From contig NC_068992.1 in assembly GCF_001194135.2 (NCBI RefSeq), forward strand, positions 51,765,337-51,829,336: a stretch of DNA of 64,000 nucleotides, in the 5' to 3' direction. Source of the stretch: Octopus bimaculoides. Lineage: Eukaryota. Positions 14,216-27,305 of the stretch are shown piece after piece (position 1 is the first letter of the stretch; the number at the start of each line of letters is the position of its first letter). The position numbers and the translations under genes were made by a program. Below the pieces are notes generated by a model. The model had not been told where the DNA came from. It made no database searches and saw only the letters and a program-made list of their open reading frames with translations.

Positions 14216-14595
14216 TATACTGTTTATCGCTGTAAAGATATACATATACATACATATCATACACATCATCATCATCATCATTATCATCATCCTCAGCACC
14301 ATCATTTAACGTTATTTTTCCGTCCTGGCATGGGTTGGACAGTTTGACAGAAATCCAAAGAGTATCCAAGGATTGCATCGAGCTCCAGTGTCTACTTTGT
14401 TATGGTTTCTACAGCTGGATGCTCTTCCAACCATTTTACAGCGAGGAGGACTTGGTGCCTTTTTCATGTCACCAGCATTACTACTCATGACTAATCAGGA
14501 ATTTGGGGTACAAATACAAAGAACACAATATATTGGTTTGTAACACAATCACTTGGCCATATATTCTTATTAGGTTAACACTGTATTGACTTAGT

Positions 14596-14981
14596 ACTTT
14601 GTTGCTGGCACTCCGTCGCTTACGTCGAGGGTTCCAGTTGATCCGATCAACGGAACAGCCTGCTTGTGAAATTAATGTGAAAGTGGCTGAGCACTCCACA
14701 GACACGTGTACCCTTAACGTAGTTCTCGGGGATATTCAGCGTGACACAGTGTGACAAGGCTGACCCTTTGAATTACAGGCACAACAGAAACAGGAAGTAA
14801 GAGTGAGAGAAAGTTGTGGTGGAAGAGTACAGCAGGGTTCGCCACCATCCCCTGCCGGAGCCTCGTGGAGCTTTAGGTGTTTTTTGCTCAATAAACACTC
14901 ACAACACCCAGTCTGGGAATCGAAACTGCGATCCTATGACTGCGAGTCCGCTGCCCTAACCACTGGGCCATTGCGCCTTCA
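14596..14981 (-). mobile_element. tRNA-derived SINE family C, full length and little diverged
   Basis: Minus: GGCGCAATGGCCCAGTGGTTAGGGCAGCGGACTCGCAGTCATAGGATCGCAGTTTCGATTCCC head with A and B boxes, CpG-rich body, tail AACTGGAACCCTCGACGTAAGCGACGGAGTGCCAGCAACAA. Confidence 0.85.
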
Positions 14982-16518
14982 CTGAGTTAGTACTACATTA
15001 TAATGATCCAGAAGGATGAGAGGTAAAAACCAGTTATGGTATTTCAGCTGAGAATTCTGAATGTAAAAGGAGATAATTGAATATTTCAATGCATTTAGGC
15101 ATTTTGTTTATTGCCCTTCATCTGGTTATTCCAATTGTTCCATCCACCACCCTTTTAGCTAATATTATGATGATTAATGAGAAGTCAAAGAGCATATCGC
15201 TAAATTGCCACTACTGCATTAACTTATCTATCTAACCAACTAGCAATCTATACATACATATGTGTGTGTATGCATGTGTGTTTGTGTGAGTATATATATT
15301 TGCATGTGTATGCATATAGACGTATATACTCACTCATGTATACACACATACATACACACCCACCTACACACATATACATCTATGCTGAACAGTTACATTA
15401 TAATTACATATTGCAATTTTTAGATTAATGGCAATGATGCCAATGATAAAATTTGACACTGTTTCCATTATATTGGAGAAAATCTTATTTTCTTCATATA
15501 ACCCTAAAATACCATTTTCTATTTTGTTTTCCTGCTAAATCCTTTCTATTTTAAGATATTCAGCATTTCTTTAAAATTGACCGAGAAGATAATCAACATG
15601 TGAGGTTAACGAACCCCAGCTCAATAATCTGAAAGATATTCTGTACAAGAGATTCTTGAAGGGATTATATTGGTATGTTTCTTCCAGATATTTGTCAAAT
15701 CCTATATAATGCTGAATAAGTAAATCAATTGAATTAGTATTTGTTGAAATTTGATTAAGTCAATTGATATTCAGATCTAATTGTCTTAATAGCTTGCAGT
15801 GGGCAAACAGTACCTGCAGCTGTCAGCCGCTAAAATATCATTTCAATTCCTCACCCTGGTGTCAAAATCAACTAATTAGCTGATGAAGTTATCTGAGATA
15901 CCATTAAATTAAATAAACTCTCCGAATCTCTCTAATTAAAACTAAAACAGCAGTTCTGTAACTGTGAGGATAAGGTACAAAACTACTGACCACAAGATTG
16001 TCAGTTCTAATTCCTTATTGTTTGAAAAAAGCACATCATCATCATCACCATTAGTATTATTATTATTGTTATTGTTGTTATTATTATTGTTGTTATTGTT
16101 ATTGTTGTTATTATTATTGTTGTTGAAGCAATCACAAAAATCTCTAAAGCTTAACTTGACATCTCGGGAAAGTCATTGCCTGGATTGTTCTGCATAGCAT
16201 GAAATGTGTCATGATGCATCGAAACAATTTGAGTTGAAGGAAAAAACAAAAAAACAAAAAAACAAAAGAACTATATCCTGCAATCAACAGATGCATTTGC
16301 CCAATTCCAGGCAAAATCAAAATCACCATTTTCCTCATTGCACCTTCATAGCAAAATCCATACCTGTAATCCTCAGATTACATTCCAGCATCCATCATAA
16401 GTAGATGCAGCTTCTTGTGTTCTTTTATTTTTGAAAGCTGTTTTCTCCTTCTCTCATCTTTCCTTTTAATTCTCTCCTTCAATGATTCATACATCAAAAT
16501 CAATGGGAACAACCATTA

Positions 16519-16746
16519 TTAACCTTTTAGTGTTTAAACCGGCTGTATCCGGCCCAAATATTCTACACATTTTATGCTCAAACTGGTCAGAACCAGCCTC
16601 TCACACCTACCCTGCAATGTCATTCTGAAAATAAGCAATTACATCTTTCATATCTTGAAGCTACAAAATAATATCAGATAAATTCTTTTAAATGTGAATA
16701 AATAAGGATTATTTTTGCCAAATTAATCTGAACGCTAAAGGGTTAA
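16519..16746. mobile_element. piggyBac-like MITE (family 1)
   Basis: TTAA at both ends. TIR CCTTTTAGTGTTTAAA versus CCCTTTAGCGTTCAGA (12/16). An inverted homologue lies at 24969-25196. Confidence 0.8.
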
Positions 16747-16774
16747 TATTATCATTATTATTATTATTATTATT

Positions 16775-16831
16775 GAGTGAGAGAGCAGTGCATGCCATCA
16801 AAGTGACACTGGGGTAAAATATACGAAGCCC
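16775..16831 (-). mobile_element. 3'-terminal fragment of the (TAA)n-tailed retroelement family F
   Basis: GAGTGAGAGAGCAGTGCATGCCATCAAAGTGACACTGGGGTAAAATATACGAAGCCC matches 52388-52444 and is embedded in (ATT)n. Confidence 0.8.
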
Positions 16832-16859
16832 AATTATTATTATTATTATTATTATCATT

Positions 16860-17040
16860 ATGGTGGATGAAGTGCTTAGTGGTATTTTGGCCGTCCCTAC
16901 GTTCTCAGTTCAACTTCCACTGAGGTTAACTTTGCTTTCATCTTTTCGGGGTCAATAAAATAAGAACAAGTTGAACACTTGGTCGATGTAACTGACTCAC
17001 CCCCACCTCTCCCAAGCTACCCTTGTGGCAAAAATTTGAA
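16860..17040 (+). mobile_element. SINE family B2, 5'-truncated
   Basis: GTGCTTAGTGGTATTT...CAGTTCAACTTCC...GGGGTCAATAAAATAAG...CCTTGTGGCAAAAATTTGAA followed by (AAT)n. Confidence 0.7.
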
Positions 17041-17364
17041 ATAATAATAACAACAACAATAACAACAACAACTATTATTACTATTATCATTATTAATCAT
17101 TTACATTAGCATCTTCTTTCAACTCTGTTTCCATTTCTGGCCAAGTGTCTTCCTGAAACCTAGGGCAGAGAAGCGCACTGTATACATAGGTAGGCGATTA
17201 AAACAAATCCACCAGATCATTCATTTATAGAGTCATGTGACAGAGACACACACACTTTGATATGGTACACATGTATAGGTATAAATGTATAAGTAAGTTT
17301 TGAATGGTTTAGTTGAGCAAATCAGCCTCAGCACTTAAGTTTTTTTGTTTTTTTTTTGAAGACT

Positions 17365-17640
17365 GATACTTATTCTAACAATCTCTTAGGCTGACCTGTT
17401 AAGTTACAGGGGACATAAACAAACGAACACCAGTTGTCAAAGTGGTGGTGTTGTTGGTGGGGGCTCAAACACAGACACAAAGATGCACACACACACACAG
17501 ATACATATACGATGGGCTTCTTTCAGTTTCCGTCAACAAAATCCACTCATAAAGCTTTGGTTGGCATGGGGTTTTATAGTAGAAGACACTTGCGCAAGGT
17601 GCCATGCAGAGAGAATGAACCTGGAACTATGTGTTTGAAA
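17365..17640 (-). mobile_element. SINE family A, partial
   Basis: GATGGGCTTCTTTCAGTTTCCGTC...AGAAGACACTTGCGCAAGGTGCC. Confidence 0.75.
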
Positions 17641-17774
17641 AAACAAATACTTTTTACTACACACACACATACATACATATACATACACACACATACACAC
17701 ACACTCACACACACACATACACATTCACACACACACATGCACACACACACAATGGATTTACATATACTTTCTTA

Positions 17775-18004
17775 TTTACTTATTGCCCACAAGGAGCCAA
17801 ACATAGAGGGGGCAAACAAGGACAGACAAGCGGATTAAGTCGATAACATCAACCCCAGTGTGTAACTGGTACTTAATTTATCTATCCCGAAAGGATGAAA
17901 GGCAAAGTCGACCTCAAGGGAATTTGAACTCAGAATGTAACGGCAGACGAAATACCGCTAAGCATTTCACCCGGCATGCTAACGTTTCTGCCAGCTCTCT
18001 GCCT
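17775..18004 (-). mobile_element. SINE family B1, full length
   Basis: Collinear with 9172-9412 and 57106-57330. Confidence 0.85.
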
Positions 18005-19857
18005 TTACATATACTTTCTATCAATCAGCTTCACTCATATGGCATTAGTCAGCCTGAGACTCCAGTAATGATCATCTGTTAAATGTGTCACACAGTGAGA
18101 TGGAAATGAAGACCATATGTCAACTAAGAGAATTCTGCTTCAATCCGTTGAAATCTTGCGACACAAAGCAATATTCACACGATTCATTGACTTCCACTGT
18201 TTTGTTATATAAAGGCTTGTGAATTAGCGATAGGCTGTAAGTAGACTGATTATGAAAGGATAGTGCTAGGTCTGTTATCCCTCACCAAAGCAAGTTATTA
18301 TTACCAGAGGAAATGTTGAAATTTAAGGCTATTTGAAAGAAATCTCCTGATATGTTCCATGAATTATGAGCATTGAAATAGAAATATCAATAATGACAAT
18401 AATGATGATGTTGATAGTGTTGGCAGCAGCACTGGTGTTGTTGTTGTTGGTGGTGTTATGTGTGGGAAGTTTGTTTTTGATGGTGACGATGGTGATGAGG
18501 ATGATGATGATGATGATGACGACAACAATGGTGGTGATGATTTGTGCACGACAACAATAAAAGTTAAAACACACACAAAACAGAATTCCCCAAAATATGA
18601 TGGATGTAAAAATAGTTAAGAATTATGAAAGATATGTAACAGAATTATGAATATTAATTACCATTCGGAAATATTTCTCTCTCTAACAAAAAGAAAAAGA
18701 GAAGAAAACAACAAAAACAAAATATAACAATGTATATTTTATTTAGTTTCTCCTCTTCGTATGCCAGTAATCATGTTATTGATTTAAGTTTTATGAATCT
18801 GGAATATTTAAAGCCATTTCTTTCAGAGATCAATATTTAGCATGATCTGGAAATATGATTTACTACAATTAAATGTGAAAGGAGCTGCGAATAACTGAGG
18901 ATGCTATGCAATAAAGATGATTGGCTGTAACAAGGAAGTTTTAAGTAAACATAAACTTAGTGTGAGATATAACATATTAATGAATATTTAGTTAACATTA
19001 ATTCAGGAGGAAAAAAAAATAAGAAGAGGAAGGAAAAGGAATATTCCTGGAATACATATAACTGAAGTACAATCTAATTCAGAAAAACGAAAAACAACCT
19101 AAAATCTTCAGAATTACTGGCATGATATATTATTAAATAGAAGCTGCGTTTTACTAGAGGACAATTGTTGAATATTATTTTATCTGATTAGTTCAATGAG
19201 CAAGGAGAATTCCTAAGATAAATGAAAAATAAAAACGAAAATTAAAAATAAAGAAGTCATGTTATCTATCTGAAAGATGAGAGCTGTGTATTCTTGAATT
19301 GTGCTTGGCTGCACCAATTTTTGACCATTGCTACAAAGCGATTGCAAATATCTGAGTAAACTATATCTTTTTTACGCTAAAATTAACTGGAAGGCTTTCT
19401 CGTGGATAAATGTTACGCTGTGATTAACAAGTTTTGTTATGAGAGAATATGAGCTGACAATGTTTTTGTGTGTGATTCAGTTGCTATCTAATATTTTCAC
19501 ATACCACTCTAAAGAATAAAGAATTCTAATGAAATGTATTTCGGCTATGACAAAAATGGAACATTTGAAAAGAGATGCATTCCCTCTTTCTGGGACATGG
19601 TTAATATCAATGCAGGTTTTGCTTGAATTGTAACAGTTGCCATGCACATAGGTGGAATATTATGCAGTTAACCAGTGAACTGTTTGAAATCTATTCTTAA
19701 ATGAGAGAAACATCAAAGAAACTATAGAAATACTGTGTTGTGCATTCCAAGTGTTTTGGAAACTCATACAAAGAAAATAGCTTTATTCTGTTTATTGATT
19801 TGGAAAGAATGGAATATAAAGTGAAATAAAGCACAAAATAATAGTGATGATAATAAC

Positions 19858-19917
<60 letters not shown>

Positions 19918-21289
19918 CATAATAATAAATAGATAGATAAATAAATAAATGCTATTTATCATTTCTTAAGTTTGCAGAGTAGATTTTCCAATTGAAACAG
20001 TGATCCCTAAGCATATCTTTAAAAGTCAGAGAATTTCTGAAACACTGGTAAATTCTTCAGGCTTTCTATTGATTAAAACGAAAAAGAAGTCAAAATCATA
20101 AAACATGAACACACACACACACACATGCGTACGAGTGTACACACACACACGCAAACACACATGCACGCACAAACACACTCATGCACATTCTTGGTAAGGT
20201 TGTTTTTTTTTTTTAATTTTTTGGAAGAAACAGCCAACAGCATTAATGTGAAAATAATGCATTAATTCTTTCAAAATTGTTAAAACTTATAACGAAAGTT
20301 AGGTGTAAAAAAATGGTAAACAAGTTTACAGAGTGCTAGCTTGCTGTTCGCAAATATCAGTGAATATCTATTGTATAAATTCAGTATTATCTCTTGCTAT
20401 GTCACTCTGAACTATACATATATCTCATAGAAATATTAATGAATTCATTTATTAACAAGTACTTGAAGAAATCCTTTGAACAAATATAGATATTAAAAAT
20501 AAATTATTAAAGGAAAATCACGAGAATGAAAAATATTTTCAAATAATTGATAATATATCGACAATAGGTAAACAAAAGCCTTAATATATTTACAATTAGA
20601 AATTAAAACAATGTAAATGAATAAACATACTTTTTGCCGCAGACTTCAAAAACGTATAGAAACATGAAACTACATACACACACATATGTGTGTATGTGTA
20701 TGCATTCGTATTTATTTATTTAATAGTGCTCTTCTTAGAAAGAAAATGTGAGTTTGTAGCAACAAAGCAAAAGTTCCATTACTACAATTTGGATAATATC
20801 AACCAAAATTATCTCATAGTAAAATTTAAGAAAGTCTTGTATGCTTTTACTGTTTTTCTGCAGGTTGTAAGACTGTGTTGGCCAATCTCTTTTCATAAGT
20901 ACACTAATGAGCGGAATGTGTAACAAAATTTCTATTTTTATTTTGTCTTCAGTTAGTAAGTGTTATTTCCTATTTGCTTCTATCAAGAAACCAAAGGAAA
21001 TGACTACTATTCCCTTCAAACTTTGCTTTGTGACCTGGACATCAATGTTTTGAATCTGACTTATTTTCCATTATATTTCAGATAAATTCAGCACTAAGTT
21101 GCTGAAGTAAGCTTCTTAACCTTAGAGCCATGTCTCACTTTGTGGTACCTTGTACATCTTCTGCTATAGCCTTGGGCCAACCAAACCCTTGTTAGTAGAT
21201 TTTGTAGAAAGAAACTGATCGTGTGTATTCACATATGTATGTGTGTGTGCATGCGTGTGTGTGTGTGTGTGTGTCAGTGAGTTAGTAGT

Positions 21290-21678
21290 TGGCCTTGCAG
21301 GTGGGGCCCTGTAGGAATTTTCTTCAGGTAGAGTAGCCCATCCTGCTCAAAAGATCCCTGAATAAGGGTTGTTTGAGGATGTTAAACAAAACACTAATGT
21401 TTCCAGAGGTGAATTACCCAAACCCCACAGAATTCCTCTCAATATGATGCTCCCCCACTACTTCTGCTTATGATCAGAGATGTACATATCATCAGCCACC
21501 AAGGGACATGCTCAACTGGTTAAGGTCAAGCAAATGACAAGCAAATCTGTGGTATTGAGCAGAATATTTGCTGTAGCCCATCTTTTATATCAAGACAAAA
21601 CAACGTACATGATGACACTTCTAATCAGTTAAGATCAGAAGCCATGAGAGTCACTGCCTGGTACTACATCAGGGCATT
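21290..21678 (-). mobile_element. 5' portion of retroelement family F
   Basis: Starts on minus directly after (TAA)n (AATAATAAATGCCCTGATG). Overlaps the 52.4 kb copies at GCAGGTGGGGCCC. Confidence 0.65.
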
Positions 21679-21691
21679 TATTATTATTATC

Positions 21692-21990
21692 ACCCGAGAT
21701 CGTTGCCAGTGCCCCTGGACTGGCTCTTGTGCGGGTGGCACATAAAATACACCATTTTGAGTGTGGTCGTTGCCAGTACCGCCTGACTGGCCTTCGTGCG
21801 GGTGACACGTAAAAGCACCCACTACACTCTCTGAGTGGTTGGCGTTAGGAAGGGCATCCAGTTGTAGAAACTCTGCCAAATCACATTGGAGCCTGGTGTT
21901 GCCATCCGGTTTCACCAGTCCTCAGTCAAATCGTCCAACCCATGCTAGCATGGAAAGCGGACGTTAAATGATGATGATGATGATGATGAT
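21692..21990 (+). mobile_element. RTE-type 3' UTR (family E) with internal ~60-bp subrepeats and (GAT)n tail
   Basis: Repeated GTTGCCAGT...GACTGGC...GTGCGGGTG units, then GGAAGGGCATCCAG...CCATGCTAGCATGGAAAGCGGACGTTAAATGATGAT. Confidence 0.75.
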
Positions 21991-21998
21991 GATTATTT

Positions 21999-22029
<31 letters not shown>

Positions 22030-22034
<5 letters not shown>

Positions 22035-22257
22035 AGGCAGCAAGCAGGTAGATCATTAGCATGAGGGACGAAATGCTTTGTATTATTTTGTCTGTCTTTA
22101 CATTCTGAGTTCAAATTTTACCTAGGTCAACTTTGCCTTTCATCATTTTAGGCTCAATAAAATAAGTACCAGCTGAGCACTGGAGTCAATGAAATCAACT
22201 AGTTACCTCCTCACCAAATTTCAGAACTTCTGCCTATAGTCGAAAGGATTTTTATTA
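22030..22257 (+). mobile_element. SINE family B2
   Basis: AAGGCAGCAAGCAGGTAGATCATTAGC head, GAGTTCAAAT B-box, central domain, tail TGCCTATAGTCGAAAGGATT. Confidence 0.75.
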
Positions 22258-22896
22258 TTATTGCTAATATTTTTTTATCCTTATTCCTATTCTCTCATAA
22301 TTATATTTCTATTTTTAGGCAAAAAAAAACACAGTTTTTATTGAGAAGTTACCGAAAAGAAATATTAATAACTAAATAAAAGTCAGAAACTAAAAGACAG
22401 AGAAAAATATATTATTTCTTTAGTAAACAAATCGATTTGTTGTTTTGATGGAAATATTACAAAACTTTGAGGCTGTTTAGTTTATTGCATGTTTATAACC
22501 TGATATTATTAAACCATACTAATAAGCTTCTTTGAGAAGAAAAAAGCTTTAAACATATTTTTCAAAAAATTTTATTTATTCAATTATTTAGTTTGGTTGG
22601 TTTTCTCTTTCAATAAAATTTATTTTTGAGGCAGGATTTTCCTTGAGAAAAATTCATTATATTTTTGCCTGCCTGAATTTTCTACAAAATGTTCTTATCT
22701 CTCACTTTACCGTTCTAGTTTATTCCTTCCGTCTTCGAAACTTACCTTCTATTTTTTTGTTGTCTTTACCTTAATTTATTATCAAATTATCTGATGCACA
22801 AAGCATCACTGTGTATGGGTATGCGTGTGTGTTGTATATTGTGTTTATATACATATATGTATAGATATACATGTGTACACACACAGATATATGAAC

Positions 22897-22947
<51 letters not shown>

Positions 22948-23281
22948 NNNNNNNNNNNNNNNNNNNNNNNNNNNNNNNNNNNNNNNNNNNNNNNNNNNNN
23001 NNNNNNNNNNNNNNNNNNNNNNNNNNNNNNNNNNNNNNNNNNNNNNNNNNNNNNNNNNNNNNNNNNNNNNNNNNNNNNNNNNNNNNNNNNNNNNNNNNNN
23101 NNNNNNNNNNNNNNNNNNNNNNNNNNNNNNNNNNNNNNNNNNNNNNNNNNNNNNNNNNNNNNNNNNNNNNNNNNNNNNNNNNNNNNNNNNNNNNNNNNNN
23201 NNNNNNNNNNNNNNNNNNNNNNNNNNNNNNNNNNNNNNNNNNNNNNNNNNNNNNNNNNNNNNNNNNNNNNNNNNNNNNNNN
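22948..23281. other. Assembly gap within (TA)n. Other gaps: 52-61, 1040-1088, 32145-32782, 50705-51108, 52453-52462
   Basis: N runs. Confidence 0.99.
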
Positions 23282-23837
23282 ATATATACATATATATGTA
23301 TACACGCACATACATACACACACATACACACACACACACACATATACATCCATACTTGTGTCTATATACATATATCTCAATAGATCTGAGGCAGAAAATG
23401 AAATTCACGAAATTCTTTATACAAAACCTCTACAATTGTTTTGACTCTTTTTGCACCCATAGATCATAGATAAGATGCTGTGCAGTTAATTATCTTGCAT
23501 CATAGATGCAGAATGCACCTACTCAGATGACTTTTAAGTATGCTCCTTCTCATTATCTTCTCACCATTTCACTTTGTCTTATAATGTATAGTTGTGTAGA
23601 TGTGCGAACCAAGCAGTTCAAAAAAAAAAAAAGAGAAAAAGAACTACCCATAGAATCATTGAAGTACAAGAAACACTTACAGATTTCTTAACCACATAGC
23701 CATGCCTACATTCATTAAAAAACCAAAGCATACATTGTATAAAGCCACCACTTAAAATGATTTGATCATCATGGCTGTTATCATATTGTCCTGCTGTATC
23801 AGTGTTTACTTGAGGGCAAAACAGCAATACTAACAAA

Positions 23838-24393
23838 TACAAGGGGGTACCCAAAAGAAATTGGACTGTGCAATATTATTTTCTTTACTTAGTTTTACAT
23901 GTTTATACTTTTATGGCCTTCAAACTATTCTTCATTTGAAGCAATGCATCAATCTAGGTACCTTTTCCACTATTCAAAGCAGTGCCGGAACACTTGCGAA
24001 GTGATACCTTCTAACATCCCTGTCGTTTTTTTCCTTCACCTCCTCTACATCTGCAAATTCCGTAGCACCAGCTTTCCTCACCAGTGATGACCTTCAATAA
24101 AAGGTCTGGATCAACTTCCAACTGTTCTTTCAATTCATGACATGCATTCAGTCATAACTGCTTTTGATCTTCTGTGAGCAAGCGAGGCATATATCGTTTC
24201 TGTTCTTATCTATAATCAAATTATTTGTGAAGTTTAAGAATGACTCCTTCATTATTTCTAACCTTGCATCTGCATTAACATTTGCTACAGAGAAAACTAC
24301 TGCTAGTGTGATGACCACACAACACTAAAGTGGTGACCTCACCTTAGAATGTGCATTCCTTCTCATTTAACAACTTCTTATGGTGACCCTGCA
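23838..24393 (-). mobile_element. Internally deleted mariner element
   Basis: Minus: YMPRLLTEDQKQL*LNACHELKEQLEVDPDLLLKVITGEESWCYG joined directly to FADVEEVKEKTTGMLEGI...CFE*WKRYLD*CIASNEE*FEG. TIR TACAAGGGGGTACCCAAAAG at 23838, with a weak partner near 24370-24393. Confidence 0.85.
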
Positions 24394-24968
24394 CATTTTT
24401 CTTCATGAGGCTTTGGTTGGCCTGAGGCTATAGTAGAAGACATTTGCTCAAGGTGCTATGCAGTGGGACTGAACCTGGAAACATGTGGTCAGGAAGCAAA
24501 ATTCTTGCCATGCCTATATATGTTATATTTTTATTTTATTCAAATGCATCCTTTGTTCTTCAGGATAACAGAATATGATTTGAAAGAAATTTAACTGTTA
24601 ATTCTGGCATATTAAGATACTCCACACATGCTCCTTCTTTGGCTACAAGGTGGTTTTAGTTATTGTTATTACGGATATTGCGATTGTTTAACACCCATGT
24701 TGGCTCACATTGAGCTGAACTGTGATCAAGTGTTTTACAGCCATGACTGTTCTTTCTTTCTTGAACATTCCCTGTGCTACATTAGTCAATGCATTCCTTT
24801 TTAAAGATGTTAAAATATGACTAGAGGAAGATTTAGATGTTACTTTTAGCAAATCAAGAAGCCACATAGAGGTTTATCTTATTTCTAATTATTTCTGCTG
24901 ATGACAAAACTTTAAACCTTAATATAAACATGAATAATGCTTCCGGTAATACAATAAACAGTTTGATA

Positions 24969-25196
24969 TTAATCCTTTAGCATTTAGATTACTTTGTCAA
25001 ATGTAATGTTTATTTATTCACATTAGTTTGAATTAATCATGGCTTATCTCATAACTTTGAGATTTCAACGATGTGGTTGTTTATTTTTAGAATGACATTG
25101 CTGCATAAGTGTAAGAGGCCAGATCTGGCCAGTTTGAACATAAAACAGGTAGAATATTTTAGTTAGACATGGCTTGTTTAAATGCTAAAGGGTTAA
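24969..25196. mobile_element. piggyBac-like MITE (family 1), opposite orientation to the 16519 copy
   Basis: TTAA at both ends. TIR TCCTTTAGCATTTAGA versus CCCTTTAGCATTTAAA (14/16). Confidence 0.8.
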
Positions 25197-26419
25197 ATTT
25201 AGAAACAGGTAGACATTAACAAAGACCACACAAACACACATCTATACTGAAACATAGAAATAAACCATGAAAATATATTTTCGAATATATATAAGAATTA
25301 AATTGAGAATAAAAATATGATGTGAGCAGACATTCAACTTTTGTATTGAATCACTGAACTTATCACAGTTGAAATTATTGTGTAATTCCTATCACTATCC
25401 CAGATCATCATTCTAACATCAAACATTTCTGCACAAACGAAGCAGCCTTCATTATGTTAGCAACCTATACTCAGTAAAACACTATTCCTCTGCTACTCTT
25501 TCCACCACCACCACCACACCACTTCAGATCCTATCATAATGATAACCACCGACATTTTACACAAGTTAAAAGCTATATGTCTTTTGATGTAGAAGCTTGA
25601 CCCAAAAGATTACAAGATTCTGTGGTTATCATAAATGGTGACAGGTCACTATTGACCAGGTTTTAAGTTAACCACCATATCAAACAAAAGTCAATGCCGT
25701 CTGTTTGAATGGTTCACAGTTATAATTTAGCACACGTGCTCGAGGTTACTCGTTTCTACTGTTTAAAGTATTTTAGACAAAATTTATCTCCAAAGAAGCT
25801 TTTCCTGTTGCATTTGTAGTACTTAAAGTATTACAGAATTATCCCTAATAGATATGTAATATAATGCCATAATAATGATATTAATAACCCTTTCCACTAT
25901 AGGCAAAAGGCCTGAAATTTGTGGGGAAGGGGACTAGTCAATTACATTCACACCAGTGTGTGACTGGTACTTATTTCATTGACCCTTTGAATTCTTTAAA
26001 TTCCCAGGATTATCTAGTATGGGAATTATGATATACATGATACAATGCATTACTTTTAATAAAGGGTAGAGAAACCCGAGAGAACTGTATATGACTACAG
26101 TCATATAACGGTAAATTCTAAGCACGCAACAGAATCTATGATCACAGGGCACCTAGTTGTGAGACTAAGAAATGGCATTCAGCAGCCACTCCAGCTCTAA
26201 ACTATTGGTGTCACTGCTCCTTGCCACCAGTGCCTTCTTGGCTGGATCTGGAAAGGGGATTTCACACATACTCCTTGTGTCAATGATATGGTTGTCCTTT
26301 TTCATTGGTCATAACACAAATTTTAGGATCAGACTGACTTATATGAACTGCTGCAGCAGCTGCAGAGCTCCACATGCGGCACAAAGTCAGCAGTGGCTTC
26401 ACATGCATCCAAAAGATAC

Positions 26420-26780
26420 ACATGTGACTGTGTGGTTAAAAAGTTTGCTTCTAAACTGTCGTTTTGGGTTCAGTCCCAGTGTGTCCTCCTTCGACAAGCA
26501 CCTTTTATTATGGCTTGTGAGTAGATTTGATAGATGGAAACTGAAAGAAGCCCATAGAAATATTTATCAAAGTGTCTTTGTGTATGTGTTTGCCTGTCAC
26601 CACTGCTTGGCAACCTGTGTTGGCTTATTTATGTCCTCATAACTTAGCAGTCCAGCAAAAGAGACTGATAGAATAAGTACCACTTCTTAAAAATAAGTAG
26701 TAGAGTCGATTTGTTTGACTAAAACCCTTCAATGCTCTGCTCCAGCATGGCCTCAGTCCAATGACTGAAACAAGCAAAAG
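26420..26780 (+). mobile_element. SINE family A, near full length, diverged
   Basis: GTGACTGTGTGGTTAAAAAG...GGGTTCAGTCCC...CCAGCATGGCCTCAGTCCAATGACTGAAACAAGCAAAAG. Confidence 0.75.
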
Positions 26781-27225
26781 ACAAAAAAATAAAGATGAAT
26801 AATTTGTTAAAATGACCAAACGTTTAATGGTTGGAAGATATAACGATTATCAAGTTTGATTATCAACATACAAATTGTTTGCTTAAGGCTTATTGACGCC
26901 ACAAATTATTCAGTCTGCTACATTCTTTATGTTTTATATATCTCTGTCTAACGAAGGGTTAAGTTACCTTTCTGTATAAAGAGATGCAGCTCAATACATC
27001 GTTATTTTTATATTCACAGACACACACACACTAGTCTGATGCAAATTTCCAGGCAATGAATTTCACTAAAACACTGGTATCTCAAACCTACATTAGAAGG
27101 CAGTATATTTTTATACACTCTCACAAGTACAGAAATCTATCCATTTATTCATATTTATATGTACACAGATATATGTATATATTTATGTATGTATATTTAT
27201 ATATAAATATATATATATATATATG

Positions 27226-27301
<76 letters not shown>

Positions 27302-27305
<4 letters not shown>

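Noticed and set aside
21610-21678. HDV-like or twister ribozyme at the 5' end of family F
   Set aside because: Two hairpins are present, but no nested double pseudoknot or catalytic J4/2 could be assigned by eye.
21692-21830. Regular ~60-bp repeats here and at 55135-55300 as a CRISPR-like array
   Set aside because: The units are whole tandem subrepeats of a dispersed retroelement UTR, with no unique spacers and no cas genes.
22771-23469. Long ORFs of 190-390 aa here and at 31941-33122 and 50701-51198
   Set aside because: They are read-through of N gaps and (TA)n/(CA)n repeats.
26172-26642. 156-aa plus-strand ORF
   Set aside because: The second half runs through a family A SINE and the first half has no recognisable motif.
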